DNA from: Octopus vulgaris
Lineage: Eukaryota
DNA length: 64,000 nt
NCBI GenBank assembly: GCA_951406725.2
Contig: OX597842.1
Coordinates: 23,188,001-23,252,000, forward strand
Direction: 5' to 3'
Positions 1-13,105 of this stretch are shown one piece after another (the first letter of the stretch is position 1; every line of letters begins with the position of its first letter). The notes beneath the pieces were generated by a model, which saw only the letters and a program-made list of their open reading frames with translations, was not told the DNA's origin and did not search any database. The translations under genes and the position numbers were made by a program.

Positions 1-490
1 TAATTAATTAATTACACTATTTTATTTGCATTTTACCAATTAATTTCCTTTATATCACACGTAACAATTGATAATAGGTTTTCCTAAACAACAGATCAAC
101 ATTTCAGTTTGGAAGTTATTAATTAAGACGAGTAAATATATTTTCTTAATTGTTGTCAGGTTACCGCTTCGAAAAATAATTACTGTAACATCGAGAGGCT
201 CACAGAATTCTGTTATTCATATCATTATTATTATTAGTAGTAGTAGTAGTAATAGTATCACCTTTACAGCCTTAAAGGAAATCTTTATCAACTTACCGTA
301 TTCACAAATAAGGAACGAGTCAGCGAATCAGTAATTAAGCACCTTAATTAAGAATTTAAAAGAAGCGAGATTGAAGTGTTGTAGAGGTTATTTCCCTTTA
401 CATGATTTTCTTTCTTCAGTTTTCCAATAGATGGCTCTACTGACTTTTCTTTGTCCCTTTCTGTCAGGAACCTCCCTTTAACTTTTTTCA
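1..490 (-). repeat. Conserved AT-rich intergenic module (copy)
   Basis: Near-identical to 13020-13105 joined to 15025-15435. Further homologs at 15670-16025, 29200-30080, 40865-41330, 56030-56240 and 63460-63950. Confidence 0.8.
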
Positions 491-599
491 AATTTTCACC
501 TCAATAGACGTCATTGATTGGTTAAAATTGAAGAAAAAAGATTTGCAATGTTGAATTACCATGTTTAACGATTCTCTTTATCTCACTGCTTCTTTTTCT

Positions 600-1785
<1,186 letters not shown>

Positions 1786-2062
1786 CAATATCAATATCAA
1801 AATTTATTACAACAGGACAACAATTATAAATATTTTGTCTGCTAAAAGACAGGGCTTATTCCTCTTCAAGCTTGATGTTATCAACTTCAATTCCATCGCT
1901 GTCAATATGAAATTCATGAATATGAACCTCAGTATCATGTATGTGTCTAAATATATTAAAACAGTAATGATTTGTGAAGAACATGGTGCTGGATTTTTGA
2001 GGAATTTCTTACGAGAGAATGCAGGAATGGGAAAAATGAATACAAGCTTTAAGAGACATTGA

Positions 2063-2227
<165 letters not shown>

Positions 2228-2454
2228 TAAATGAATATATAATATGTAACAGGGACACTTTCATATGACGCCGCCAGAAAATGTTACGGCATAAATCGTT
2301 TTCACCTCAATAGACGTCATTGGTTGGTTGAAATTGCAGAAATTGAAGAAAAACAACAACAAATATCTTACAAATTATAGAATTTTCTCAATAAAGCCAA
2401 GAGAAAAAGATGTTTTATAAACACATTCTACCAGTTTACGAAGTTTAAAACTTT

Positions 2455-2706
2455 CATCAGAGATGACTTTGATTTCTGAAGATGATCGTGCTGGATTTTT
2501 GAGGAATTTGTTATGAGAGAATAAAGGAATGGGAATAAGGAATAAAAGTTTTAAGTGACATTGATTTTGTCTTTGTTGTGTTTTGATCATCATCACCTTT
2601 ATCATCCTTTAACATCCATTTTCATTGCAGGCATGGATGGGAAAGTGTGACAGGTGCTGGCAAGTCAGAGTGCTTCTCCGTGTTCCAGTCAGACCTGGAT
2701 TGTGTC
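2455..2706 (+). repeat. Orphan ZNF 3' flank (F/I type) without its own ORF
   Basis: Matches the reverse complement of 39190-39445 and 51250-51490. Preceded by a MITE fragment (about 2250-2455). Confidence 0.75.
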
Positions 2707-2952
2707 GTTCTATATTTGAGAGATTCGGAATTATGTACATTATTTACTTTAGACTGATATTTGTCCTCATCTTGTTGTTAACACAGTATTTCAACTGGTA
2801 TACTCTCCAGCCTTCATCAGGTGTCTTGGGGAAATACCTTAGGAATGAGAACCCAGGTTCAAAATTTCCCCAATACCCCTGATGAATGCTAGAGAATATA
2901 TCAGCTGAAATGTTGTGTGAACAACAAGATGAGGACAAATATCAGTCAAATG
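2707..2952. mobile_element. Penelope-like pLTR hairpin insert with two degenerate minimal hammerhead ribozyme motifs
   Basis: Inverted arms 2752-2835 and 2865-2947. Each reads ACAC/ACCC-CTGATGA-A-stemII-GAAA-NNNT-GTGT. Absent from B-type flanks. Confidence 0.65.
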
Positions 2953-3331
2953 TGGGTTTGGCTTGGTTTCTTTGGTTATATGCTCTTAAGATACATGGCG
3001 CATTTTATAAATATTCCTGTTCAAGCATCGTAACAGCATGAAACAAGTCGTAGCGCTTTCAGTTGTGTATTTAATTTGATATATAAAGTGAGATAGGGGT
3101 TATGAGTGTAACCCACTATGGGATATCATTTATCCAATATACTGCCAGTAAAGTACCCAGAAAGGCTAATACATAAATGCTAAGAATTGCAATGCAATTA
3201 ATTCATGTATTATATGGGCAAAGGTAAAATGTTTTACCTCAAATTTATAATACAAAATAAGAAAATGGAAGAATAGATTTCTTTCAATCATCAACTTCCA
3301 GATAATACCAGTTCATACAATTTATTAACTA

Positions 3332-3538
3332 CCGTATTTGACGTCATATAGGACGCACTTTTTTCCAAAAAATTTGGCTCAAAATATCGCCCTGCGTCTA
3401 ATATGCGAAGTCAAGACCCCCCCCCCCATAGGCTAATTTTCTCCCAGACGCTCACTTACCTAGCTTACGATAAGTATTTCTACCTATGCTAACGCCTTAA
3501 TGATATTTTCCGTACTCATGCATCATTATTTTATTGCT

Positions 3539-3572
<34 letters not shown>

Positions 3573-4299
3573 GTATTATTACTTTAAAATACGAATTATC
3601 GTAAAAATCAAAGCAATCTACCGTAAATTGTTAGGCTGCGATCCATGACACACGTTTACTAATATCAGCTGATCGGAACCCTAACTCGATGCCATCTGAC
3701 GGTGATGAGTAAAACTACGGAATGCACATGATCGTTGCGAATTCGTGTATATACGGAGGTAGGTTGGATATCTTGGTACAACAAAGTTTATGATCATAAC
3801 AAAACACACTACAACAGTACAAGCACCCTCACGGCTATGGCAGCAAAAAGATCAAGCTACAAAATCTCCTACAAACTACGAGTGGTAGATTATGCCAAGG
3901 AGCATGGAAATAGAGCAGCAGCAAGGGTTTTTGGGCCACCACCTACAGAAAAGAATGATACGTGTCTGGCGACAGCAAGAAGAGCAGCTGATGAGAACAC
4001 AGAAAGGTAAACATAACCTTCGTTGCCCAGCCCCACATTGGCCAGAACTTGAGGATGATATAAAAACGTGGGTGCTTAATGAGAGTTAAAAAGATGATAT
4101 AAATTACAATAATTTGTCATTTGTATGCTTTCCTTTTGTATGCTTGCTTTTATACAGCAATGTTTTCTGCTTTTGTAATGTGCTGCTAGACTGCTTTCAA
4201 CAGTATATGCTTAAATACACTTAAAACATCCTGAATTTGACCTGCTGAAATGAGGGTGCATCAAATATGCCAGTGCGTCTAATATGCCGTCAAATACGG
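3332..4299 (+). mobile_element. pogo/Tigger-family DNA transposon, internally deleted
   Basis: TIRs CCGTATTTGACG...CGTCAAATACGG and TA TSD. Empty site seen in paralogs (about 38566 and 50985). Frameshifted N-terminal transposase MAAKRSSYKISYKLRVVDYAKEHGNRAAARVF...WPELEDDIKTWV (Brinker-like DNA-binding domain plus start of the CENP-B HTH). Confidence 0.9.
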
Positions 4300-5319
4300 T
4301 AATTATTTAGTAACATCCAGATCAAACAGAATAAAACAGTACACATCAATGAGTAATATAATACCATAAGAACATTTTATATTTTTATATTTATATTTAT
4401 TTATATGTATTGTTCTTATGGTATTATCTTACTCATTGATGTGTACTGTTTTATTCTGTTTGATCTGGATGTTCCTAAATAATTAGTTAATAAATTATAT
4501 GAATTGGTATTATCTAGTAGTTGATGATTGAAAGAAATCTGTTCATCCATTTTCTTATTTTGTAATTTGATATAAATATATATATATGTGTGTGTGTGGA
4601 CAGGATGTCAGTCTGATAGCTAGAATAAGTGTATACAAATCTCGTATTTTGAGTGTATTTATGTCTGGGGTAGAAGCAGGGACTCACTTCTATAGGGAAA
4701 TAAAAAATCTCCAAACTTTTCAAATGTGGTGTTTGCACCACAGCATATGCAACCAAATGGCAAAATAAGACATCAAATGTAAAAATCTTAGAAAAATGTG
4801 ATATGACCAGTATTCAAAGCATGTTGATGAGAATTCAGTGAAGATTGGTTGGACATGTTTTTCAAATGAAATGTGAATGCTTTCCAAAAATTCAGCAGGA
4901 TGAACTGTTAGCGCTAAACTATTAAGCACAATCCATGCATAATTAAGCCAGCAGCACCTAGTCGAACAAACACTTCCGTGCATGCGTAATACAATAATGG
5001 TGATGTTCTTAACTGTTATATGGGAATGTAAATATGTTTGCAAATTGTTTTTGTTACATGTTATTCTGTGTTCTGAATACTTTTATTTTAATAAATGTTG
5101 CTTACTGCAAGTTATGGATGATTCTTTTATGACTTCATTGCTTTCAGGCTTAGCTTAACGTATTTTTGCACCCGACATCACAAAATGCATCTGAATAAAC
5201 ATTGCCGGACGGCAAATAGAGACTAGGACATTGCCTAGAAAATAATTTTCATTTTTAATCTTGTATATAGTACGCACTAGGGATTCTTAGCTTTAAATTT
5301 TGGGAAAAAAATTATATAA

Positions 5320-6080
5320 TATAATGAAATTATTGTATACAGCGCTCAGGTGCATCACAACTTGTCAAATGTGCGTATAAAGTATATGCAGTAATGTACA
5401 AATGTCTGGGTAGCGAATAATGTATGAGTCAGATACATGCTTGCATGTGTATGGAGGGGAGAAAATCAGGTGTAGTGTTGGAGAATCTCAGGAAGCATGG
5501 AAGTTTTGAAGGATGCAGTGCTCCGACAACTAACAACTGATGCCGGCAGTTTGTTCCATGCTTCAGCAACTCTCAGCGTGAAAAAATGTTTCCGAAAGTC
5601 ATGGGAGCTGTGCTGTTTTCTCAGTTTGTAAATATGTCCACGGGTGTTATACAGGTGGAGTTTGAAAAGGTGCTCAGAGTTATTGTTAGTAAGATGGTTA
5701 GTAATTTTTATGGGTGTCTGCCAAGTCAGCTGCCAGACGTTGGAGTTTCAATGCATCCATGTCCAGGGAAGTAAGGCGTTCAGAATATGGCAAATGCCTG
5801 ATGGAGGGTATTCTAAAATGTTTTCAAAAGTCATGGGAGCTGTGCTGTTTTCTGACTTTATAAACATGTCCACTGGTGTTAGACGGAGGGAGTTTGAAAA
5901 GGTGCTCAGAGTTATTTTTAGTGGTTAATAATTTTATGAGTGTCTGCCAAGTCAGCTGCCAGACATCGGAGTTTTAATGTATCCTTGCCCAGGGAAGTAA
6001 GGCGTTCAGAATATGGCAAATGCCTGATGGAGGGTATTCTCTTGGTTGCACTAGCTGAATGGCTTCCAGACGATTAACGA
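5320..6080 (-). mobile_element. CR1-clade LINE 3' end with internal duplication
   Basis: RT C-terminus ATKRIPSIRHLPYSERLTSLG...FFTLRVAEAWNKLP followed by 3' UTR. Confidence 0.8.
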
Positions 6081-6439
6081 TGACAGTTCCCCATTGTTTT
6101 ATAACCATCCATTCAGTTGGGGTGAGGATGCTTCCTTTGAAATATAACCAGTGTTGTGGGGCCGCCCCCCAACTTTGTTGTCATGAAAGCTAATTACACT
6201 TTGAATATCCCACATGTGATGTGGCATTCTATCCACTGAGACGTTATCTGGAGTACTCATCATGACCCACCCTTTCTATCTCCCACCATGTTGTGGACCT
6301 TGAGACCCCTTCGGTCACGACACAAGACCATGGGATTGCACCTAGAAAGTTATCCTCCCAGGCACAAGTCTGGGCAAGGTTGTTTATGGAAGACCAGCAG
6401 TCGCCCATGCATACCACCACCACCCTCTCCACGCCACCA

Positions 6440-6625
6440 GTGTTATCCAAGGAAAAGGCAAAAAGGTCTGATACAGCTTGGCCCCTGTGACATTGCAGCT
6501 CATTTCTACAGCTGAGTGAACTGGAGCAACGTGAAATAAAGTGTCTTGCTCAAGAACACAACACGCAACCCAGTCTGGGATTTGAACTCACAACCTCATG
6601 ATCGTAAGCTCTAACTACTGAACCT
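6440..6625 (-). mobile_element. tRNA-derived SINE (family 3)
   Basis: Reverse complement of copies at 35801 and 47835, which have A/B-box heads. Confidence 0.7.
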
Positions 6626-6655
6626 GAACCTTAAGCTATACGTAAAATAAAAAAA

Positions 6656-7057
6656 AGCGGCGAGCTGGCAGACACGTTAGCACGCTGGGTGAAATGCTTA
6701 GCGGTATTTCATCTGCCGCTATGTTCTGAGTTCACATTACGCCAAAGTAGACTTTGCCTTTCATCCTTTCAGGGTCGATAAATTAAGTACCAGTTTCACA
6801 CTGGGGTCAATGTAATCGACTTAATACCTATGTCTGTCCTTGTTTGTCCCCTCTGTGTTTAGCCCCTGGAGGGTAATAAAGAAATAGGTATTTCGTCTGT
6901 CGTTACATTCTGAGTTCAAATTCTGCCGAGGTCGACTTTGCTTTTCATCCTTTCCAGATCAACAAATAAAGTACCAGTTTCACACTGGGGTCAATGTAAT
7001 CGACTTAATCCCTTTGTTCCCTGTATGTTTAGCCCCTTGTGGCCAGTAAAGAAATAT
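6656..7057 (+). mobile_element. tRNA-derived SINE (family 1, GGCGGCGAGCTGGCAG head) with partial tandem duplication
   Basis: A/B-box-like head, GTCGACTTTGCCTTTCATCC core and GTAAAGAAATA tail. Many copies in the window. Confidence 0.85.
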
Positions 7058-7087
7058 ATACGTTAAATTAACCAGGAACAAAAGTGT

Positions 7088-7788
7088 TACTCTTTTCAGT
7101 CATTTGGTCGCGGCCATGCTGGAGCACCGCCTCCAATCGAGCAACTCAACCTGGGACTTATTCTTTTTGTAAGCCCAGTACTTATTTTATCGGTCTCCTT
7201 TTGCCGAACCACTATGTAACGTGGACGTAAACACACCAGCATCGGTTGTCAAGCAATGCTAGGGGGACAAAGACACACAAACGCATATATACATATACAT
7301 ATATATGACGAGCTTCTTTCAGTTTCCGTTTACCATATCCACTACCAAGGCTTTGGTCAGCCCGAGGCTATAGTAGAAGACACTTGCCCAAGGTGCCACG
7401 CAGTGGGACTGAACCCGGAACCATGTGGTTGGTATATATATATATATATATATATATATTCACACATATATACAACAGGCTTCTTTCAGTTTCCGTCCAC
7501 CAAATCCACTCCCAAAGCTTTGGTCAGCCCGAGGCTATAGTAGAAGACACTTACCCAAGGTGCCACGCAGTGGGACTGAACCCGGAACCATATGGTTTGT
7601 ATATATATATACACACACATATATACGACAGTCTTCTTTCAGTTTCCGTCTACCAAATCCACTCACAAGTCTCTGGTCGGCCCGAGGCTATAGTAGAAGA
7701 CACTTGCCCAAGGTGCCACCCAGTGGGACTGACCTGGAATCATGTGTTTGGTAAACAAGCTACTTACCACACAGCCACTCCTGCACCT
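7088..7788 (-). mobile_element. CORE-type tRNA SINE (family 2) with 5' half triplicated
   Basis: Head GCAGGAGTGGCTGTGTGGTAAG, CORE-like ACCTTGGGCAAGTGTCTT, internal (TA/TG)n. Three tandem 5' halves. Confidence 0.85.
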
Positions 7789-7924
7789 GTTGTTTATTCC
7801 GCTCTCATCAACTACACACGTTTGGGGTGAACACAAATGGCCATCTGAATTCTCAGCCCTCCCTTGTGACTAATCGGAATTCCCTTCTTTGCTCAGTGAA
7901 ATTCCTGTCTATAAGTCGTCTGTC

Positions 7925-7995
7925 ACCACTTCGAGAGAATGATTTACCACAGATATTGCAATGATATGGCTTCTCTCCTGTATGTGTACATATGT
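7925..7995 (-). pseudogene. Orphan C2H2 finger fragment
   Basis: [25 protein letters not shown]. Paralog at 46956-47030 (+). Confidence 0.75.
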
Positions 7996-8176
7996 GGCAA
8001 TGTCCCACACATATCTGAAGCAACAATAATGGACCTCAGCCCATCTGTGTCATCATTATATATATGTGTGTGTGTGTGTGTATGGCAGTCACTCAAGATG
8101 GTTTCAATGTTTATATTTGAAGGAGAAGACTTAGGAGAGTAATAGAAAGAAAAAGTCAAAACACTTAGAAGAGCTG

Positions 8177-8455
8177 TATGTATGTTCCTTCTTGAGCCAT
8201 GCCTGGCTCATAAGGGCCACATTCCCGGTTTCCTTGGCATATAGGTTCCCCAACTGGACAGGACGCCGATCCGTCGCAGGTGAGCTGCAAGATGCAGGAT
8301 GAAAGAGTGAGAGAAAGTTGTGGCGAAAGAGTCAGCAGAAGTTCGCCATTACCTTCTGCCGGAGCCGCATGGAGCTTAGGTGTTTCACTCATAAACACAC
8401 ACATCGCCCAGTCTGAGATTCGAACCCGCAACGATGAGTCCTCTGCTCTAACCAC
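8177..8455 (-). mobile_element. tRNA-derived SINE (family 4)
   Basis: 11-bp TSD TAGAAGAGCTG (8166-8176, 8456-8466). GTGGTTAGAGC / GGTTCGAATC boxes on the minus strand and a (TACA)n tail. Confidence 0.8.
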
Positions 8456-9182
8456 TAGAAGAGCTGCATCTATTTGCAATGAATGCGTGAATGTAATTTG
8501 AGTCCAGAAATGGATTTTGCTATGAAGTCACAATGGGGACATTCATGACTTTGATTGTGCAAAGGATTGAGCGAATGTGTCTGTTGGTTGGAGGATATAG
8601 GTCTGCTATTCTTCTTTTTCATCAACTCAGATTCTTCACATGGCATCCTGACACATTTTACACCAGACAGATGGATCTAGGCAATGGCTTTCCCAGGATA
8701 TCACATCAAGCTGTAGAGATTTTATTTATTGCTTAAACTTATCCGTATATGTAAGGAAATGCCTTCCTCTGCCACTTGTTGGCCTTACAGAAGAATATTT
8801 GGAATGCGATCATTTCGTCTTTGGAAAACATCTCCTACCCATCTGCACTGAATTCTCATCCGTACGCCTTGGATACTGGACATATCACATTTAACTAAAA
8901 TTTTTACATTTAATGTCTTATCTTGCCATTTTGTTGCATATGTTGTGGTGCAAACACCACATGCGAAAAATTTCAGTTTTCTCTTTCTTCGTAGAAGGAG
9001 TCCATGCTTCTGCCTCATACAAAAAAATACTCAAAATACAAGATTTCTATTATTTTAGTTGTCAGACTGATATCATGTTCACACAAATACATATATCAAA
9101 TTAAATTGAAAGCGCTACTACTTGTTTGATACTGTTATGATTCTTGAACAGGAATATTTATAAAATGCGCCATGTATCTTAA

Positions 9183-9404
9183 CCCTTTCATTACCATATT
9201 TCTGTTGAGATGCTCTGTGTTTCCTTCAATTAATTTTAAATATAACAAAGAATTTAGTAAAATAACTTCATTATCGTTAAGCTAGTGTTAGGAACATAAA
9301 TTATGAGTAAGGTTTGGTGGAAGATTTTAATTCAAAATTTATGAAAACAAGACATTTGTACTACAGAGCCAGAGGTGGTTTCACATGGGTTGGTATTGAA
9401 AGGG
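9183..9404. mobile_element. piggyBac-type MITE
   Basis: TTAA TSD and CCCTTTCA...TGAAAGGG TIR. Empty TTAA sites near 2986, 21275 and 38908. Confidence 0.85.
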
Positions 9405-9799
9405 TTAAGGGCATAGAGCCAAAGAAACCAAGCCAAATCTGACAGGAACGTGGAGCAGCACTCTGGCTTGCCAGCTCATGTCACACTTTCCCATCAAAGC
9501 CTGCATACAAAACGGATGCTAAAAATGGATGTTAGATGATGATGATGAAAACACAACAAAGACAAAATCAAAGTCACTTAAAACTTTTATTCCTTATTCC
9601 CATTCCTTTATTCTCTCATAACAAATTCCTCAAAAATCCAGCACAATCCTCTTCAGAAATCAGTCATCTCTGTGTTGATATATTTAGATATATAAATGAT
9701 ATTGAAGTTGTGATTCATGAATTTCATGTTGACATCCAAGAAACTGAAGTTGATAATATCAAGCTTGTCATGTTTTAATAAATTTTGATATTGATACTG

Positions 9800-11461
9800 T
9801 TACACCTGTGTATGAATACTCACATGTGTACTTAAGTGGCCTTTTTGAGAGAATGATTTACCACAGATATTGCAATGATATGGCTTCTCACCTGTATGAA
9901 TACGTATGTGACGAGTCAAATGACTATTGCTAGAGAATGATTTATCACAGACATGACAGGGAAATGGCTTCTCTCCTGTATGAATATGTTTGTGTATTGT
10001 TAAGTTACTATTTAGGAAGAAAGATTTACCACAGATGTTACAATGATATGGCTTCTCACCTGTATGAACATGTTTGTGATAAGTTAAATATCTATTATGA
10101 GAAAATGATTCACCACAGATATCACAATGATATGGCTTCTCACCTGTATGAGCACGTTTGTGAGAAGTTAAAGAGCTATTATAAGAAAATGATTCACCAC
10201 AGATATAACAATGATATGGTTTTTCCCCTGTATGAATGCGTTTATGATCAGACAAGTGGCCACTACGAGAGAATGATTTACCACAGATATCACAATGATA
10301 TGGTCTTTCCCCAGTATGAATACGTATGTGACTAGTCAAATGACTATTTTCAGTGAATGATTTACCACAGATGTCACAATGATATGGTTTTTCTCCTGTA
10401 TGTGTACGTTTGTGTCTAAACAAGACATCACTTCGAGAGAATGATTTACCACAAATATCACAATGATATGGCTTCTCACCTGTATGAATACGTTTGTGTT
10501 CAGTGAAGGTACTATTTAGAGAGAAAGATTTTTCACAGATGTTACAATGATATGGCTTCTCACCTGTATGAACATGTTTGTGATAAGTTAAAGAGCTATT
10601 ATGAGAAAATGATTCACCACAGATATCACAATGATATGGATTTTCCCCTGTATGAATGCGTTTATGATCAGACAAGTGGCTACTACGAGAGAATGATTTA
10701 CCACAGATGTCACAATGATATGGTTTTTCTCTCGTATGTGTATGTTTGTGTCTAAACAAGACACTACTTCGAGAGAATGATTTACCACAAATATCACAAT
10801 GATATGGCTTCTCTCCCTTATGTGTATGATTGTGTTCAGTCAAGGTACTCCTTCGAGAGAAAGATTTACCACAGATGTTACAATGATATGGCTTCTCACC
10901 TGTATGAACACGTTTGTGATTAGTTAGGGAGCTATTATATGAAAATGATTCACCACAGATATCACAATGATATGGATTTTCCCCTGTATGAACGCGTTTA
11001 TGATCAGACAAGTGGCCACTACGAGAGAATGATTTACCACAGATGTCACAATGATATGGTTTTTCTCCCGTATGTGTACGTTTGTGTCTAAACAAGTCAT
11101 TACTTTGAGAGAATGATTGACCACAGATATTGCAATGATATGGCTTCTCACCTGTATGAGTACGCCTGTGCATAGTCACGTGGCCACTTTCAGAAAATGA
11201 TTCACCACAGATATCACAATGATATGGTTTTTCTCCCGTATGTGTACGTACATGCCTAGTCAAAGAACTACTTTGAGAGAATGATTTACCACAGACATCA
11301 CAGTGATGTGGTTTCTCTCCTGTATCAATGCATTTGTGTTTGGTCAAGACTGTTTCTTCAGTGAATGATTTACCACAGACATCACAGTGATGTTGCCTCT
11401 CACCTGAATCAGGTTTGTTTGGTTTTCTTAAATTACTCATTATAAGATAATAATTTCTCAT
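9800..11461 (-). CDS. C2H2 zinc-finger protein (locus B), 18 intact + 1 degenerate fingers
   Basis: 553-aa open frame with CxxC-12-HxxxH repeats, TGEKP linkers and family terminus HTQV*. Acceptor AG at 11857-11858. Confidence 0.92.
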   Translation of the reverse strand: MRNYYLIMSNLRKPNKPDSGERQHHCDVCGKSFTEETVLTKHKCIDTGEKPHHCDVCGKSFSQSSSLTRHVRTHTGEKPYHCDICGESFSESGHVTMHRRTHTGEKPYHCNICGQSFSQSNDLFRHKRTHTGEKPYHCDICGKSFSRSGHLSDHKRVHTGENPYHCDICGESFSYNSSLTNHKRVHTGEKPYHCNICGKSFSRRSTLTEHNHTHKGEKPYHCDICGKSFSRSSVLFRHKHTHTREKPYHCDICGKSFSRSSHLSDHKRIHTGENPYHCDICGESFSHNSSLTYHKHVHTGEKPYHCNICEKSFSLNSTFTEHKRIHTGEKPYHCDICGKSFSRSDVLFRHKRTHTGEKPYHCDICGKSFTENSHLTSHIRIHTGERPYHCDICGKSFSRSGHLSDHKRIHTGEKPYHCYICGESFSYNSSLTSHKRAHTGEKPYHCDICGESFSHNRYLTYHKHVHTGEKPYHCNICGKSFFLNSNLTIHKHIHTGEKPFPCHVCDKSFSSNSHLTRHIRIHTGEKPYHCNICGKSFSQKGHLSTHVSIHTQV

Positions 11462-12059
11462 ACGTATCCCAATGATAATGATTTTTTTATTTCTATGAAT
11501 ATATCTGTGTCCAGTTGTGTCAGTATTTTCAGAGAATAATTTAACACTGTGTTTCTTTCATCTGTGTTCTTGCTGAACATCTAAAATGGCAGATGTAAAC
11601 AGTTAAAACTTTTGTAAATTTATCCAAGCTTAATTAACCAAACAATCACCTTCACTACATTCGAAACAGTGAAGACAATAAGAATGTTGCTCTTAATTCC
11701 ATCGTAGAAGAAATATTTTCTTATCGTTTGTCGTTGATGCGTTGATGAATGTGCCTTATGAATATATGGCCTTCCATTAATTGATGAAAGTCAATCAAAA
11801 TATCAGAGGCATGTTTAAATGAAGAGATTTCTTTAACGTCAACATGATGTGATATTCTGAAGTAGAAAAAAAGAAGCAGTGAGATAAAGAGAATGATTAA
11901 ACAACATAGTAATTCAACATTGCAAATCTTACAACATCAAGACTGTCATCCATTTAATGTCTATGTTTTCAGGTGTCAGATTCCATTGAGGCTTTGAAAC
12001 TTTCACAACATTCTGTATATAGATGAAGCGTTTCCACATTTCTCTAAATTCTTACCTGT

Positions 12060-12240
12060 TTTCTTTGGTATGAAACCACCTCAATTCTGGGAAGAGGGTA
12101 TTTTCAAGTTAAAGGAAAGATGGAGACTCATTGTGCAACAAAACGGTTCATATTTGGTTGATTAAAAATGTATTGGCAAGTATTTATTGACCTTTGTCTT
12201 TCCTTCAAAAGTCGGCACGAACTTTCCGGACAACCCAATA
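12060..12240 (+). mobile_element. mariner transposon 3' fragment
   Basis: KPPQFWEEGIFKLKERWRLIVQQNGSYLVD* followed by TIR ...CGAACTTTCCGGACAACCCAA-TA. Paralog at 42441-42625 (-). Confidence 0.85.
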
Positions 12241-12507
12241 CATATGCAATAATACGTTATACTAGCAGAATCGTTCACATGCCGAACAAAATGCATAACA
12301 GCATTTCGTCCGTCTACACTCTAAAAGTTCAAATCCCATCCAGGTAGAATTTGGCTTTCATCCTTTCGAGGTAAAAACAAACAAGAAACATTAGCGCACA
12401 TTGTTCCATGGAAGCGACGTCCGATTCTTCCGCCAATTTTCTGAACTCGTGTCTAAAGTACAAAAAATTATTCTTATCAACACTATTATTATTATTATGA
12501 TAGGCTA

Positions 12508-12738
12508 AGGCGGCGAACTGGCAGAAACGTTAGCACGCCGGGCGAAATGCGTAGCCGTATTTCGTCTGCCGTTACGTTCTGGGTTCAAATTCCGCCGAGG
12601 TCGACTTTGCCTTTCATCCTTTCGTGGTCGATAAATTAAGTACCAGTTACGCACTGGAGTCGATGTAATTGACTTAATCCGTCAGTCTGTCCTTGTTTGT
12701 CCACTCTGTGTTTAGCCCCTTGTGGGTAGTAAAGAAAT
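12508..12738 (+). mobile_element. tRNA-derived SINE (family 1), full length
   Basis: Complete head-to-tail copy inserted in an (ATT)n tract. Absent at the paralogous site near 41575/42190. Confidence 0.85.
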
Positions 12739-13105
12739 ATATTATTATTATTATTATTATTATTATAGCGACCCCGAAACGAAGGAAAGTCAATGTCGAC
12801 CTCAGCGGAAACTCCTGACTGAAAATACGGCCGAGGTCGACTTTGCCTTTCATCCCTTTCGGCAAATACTGTGTTCCATATATTCGACTTCGTTCTCCCC
12901 TCAAACACTGCAGGCCCTGGCAAAATTTCTAACCTACATCATTACTATTAATATAACCTCTTAAACAACAGGACAACGTTAATTAATATGGTATTCTTCA
13001 ATCGGTTTCACCTCATTTTACTAATTAATCAATTAATTAAACTATTTTACTCTCGTATTACCAATTAATTTCCTTTATATCACATGTAACAGTTGATAAT
13101 AGGTT

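Noticed and set aside
4720-5043. ORF MQTYLHSHITVKNITII… recurring at 37824 and 50237
   Set aside because: TTG start, frames diverge at the 3' end, and recurrence is explained by the segmental duplication; no recognisable domain.
7256-7830. ORFs with CPRCHAVG / LPKVPRSGTEPG motifs (also 20991, 24625, 29471, 54470)
   Set aside because: Translations of the family-2 SINE.
9937-11151. ORFs such as [10 protein letters not shown]…/MISVVNHSL… overlapping ZNF genes (also 22155, 22558, 59220, 60072, 60492)
   Set aside because: Antisense or alternate-frame shadows of the 84-bp finger repeat.
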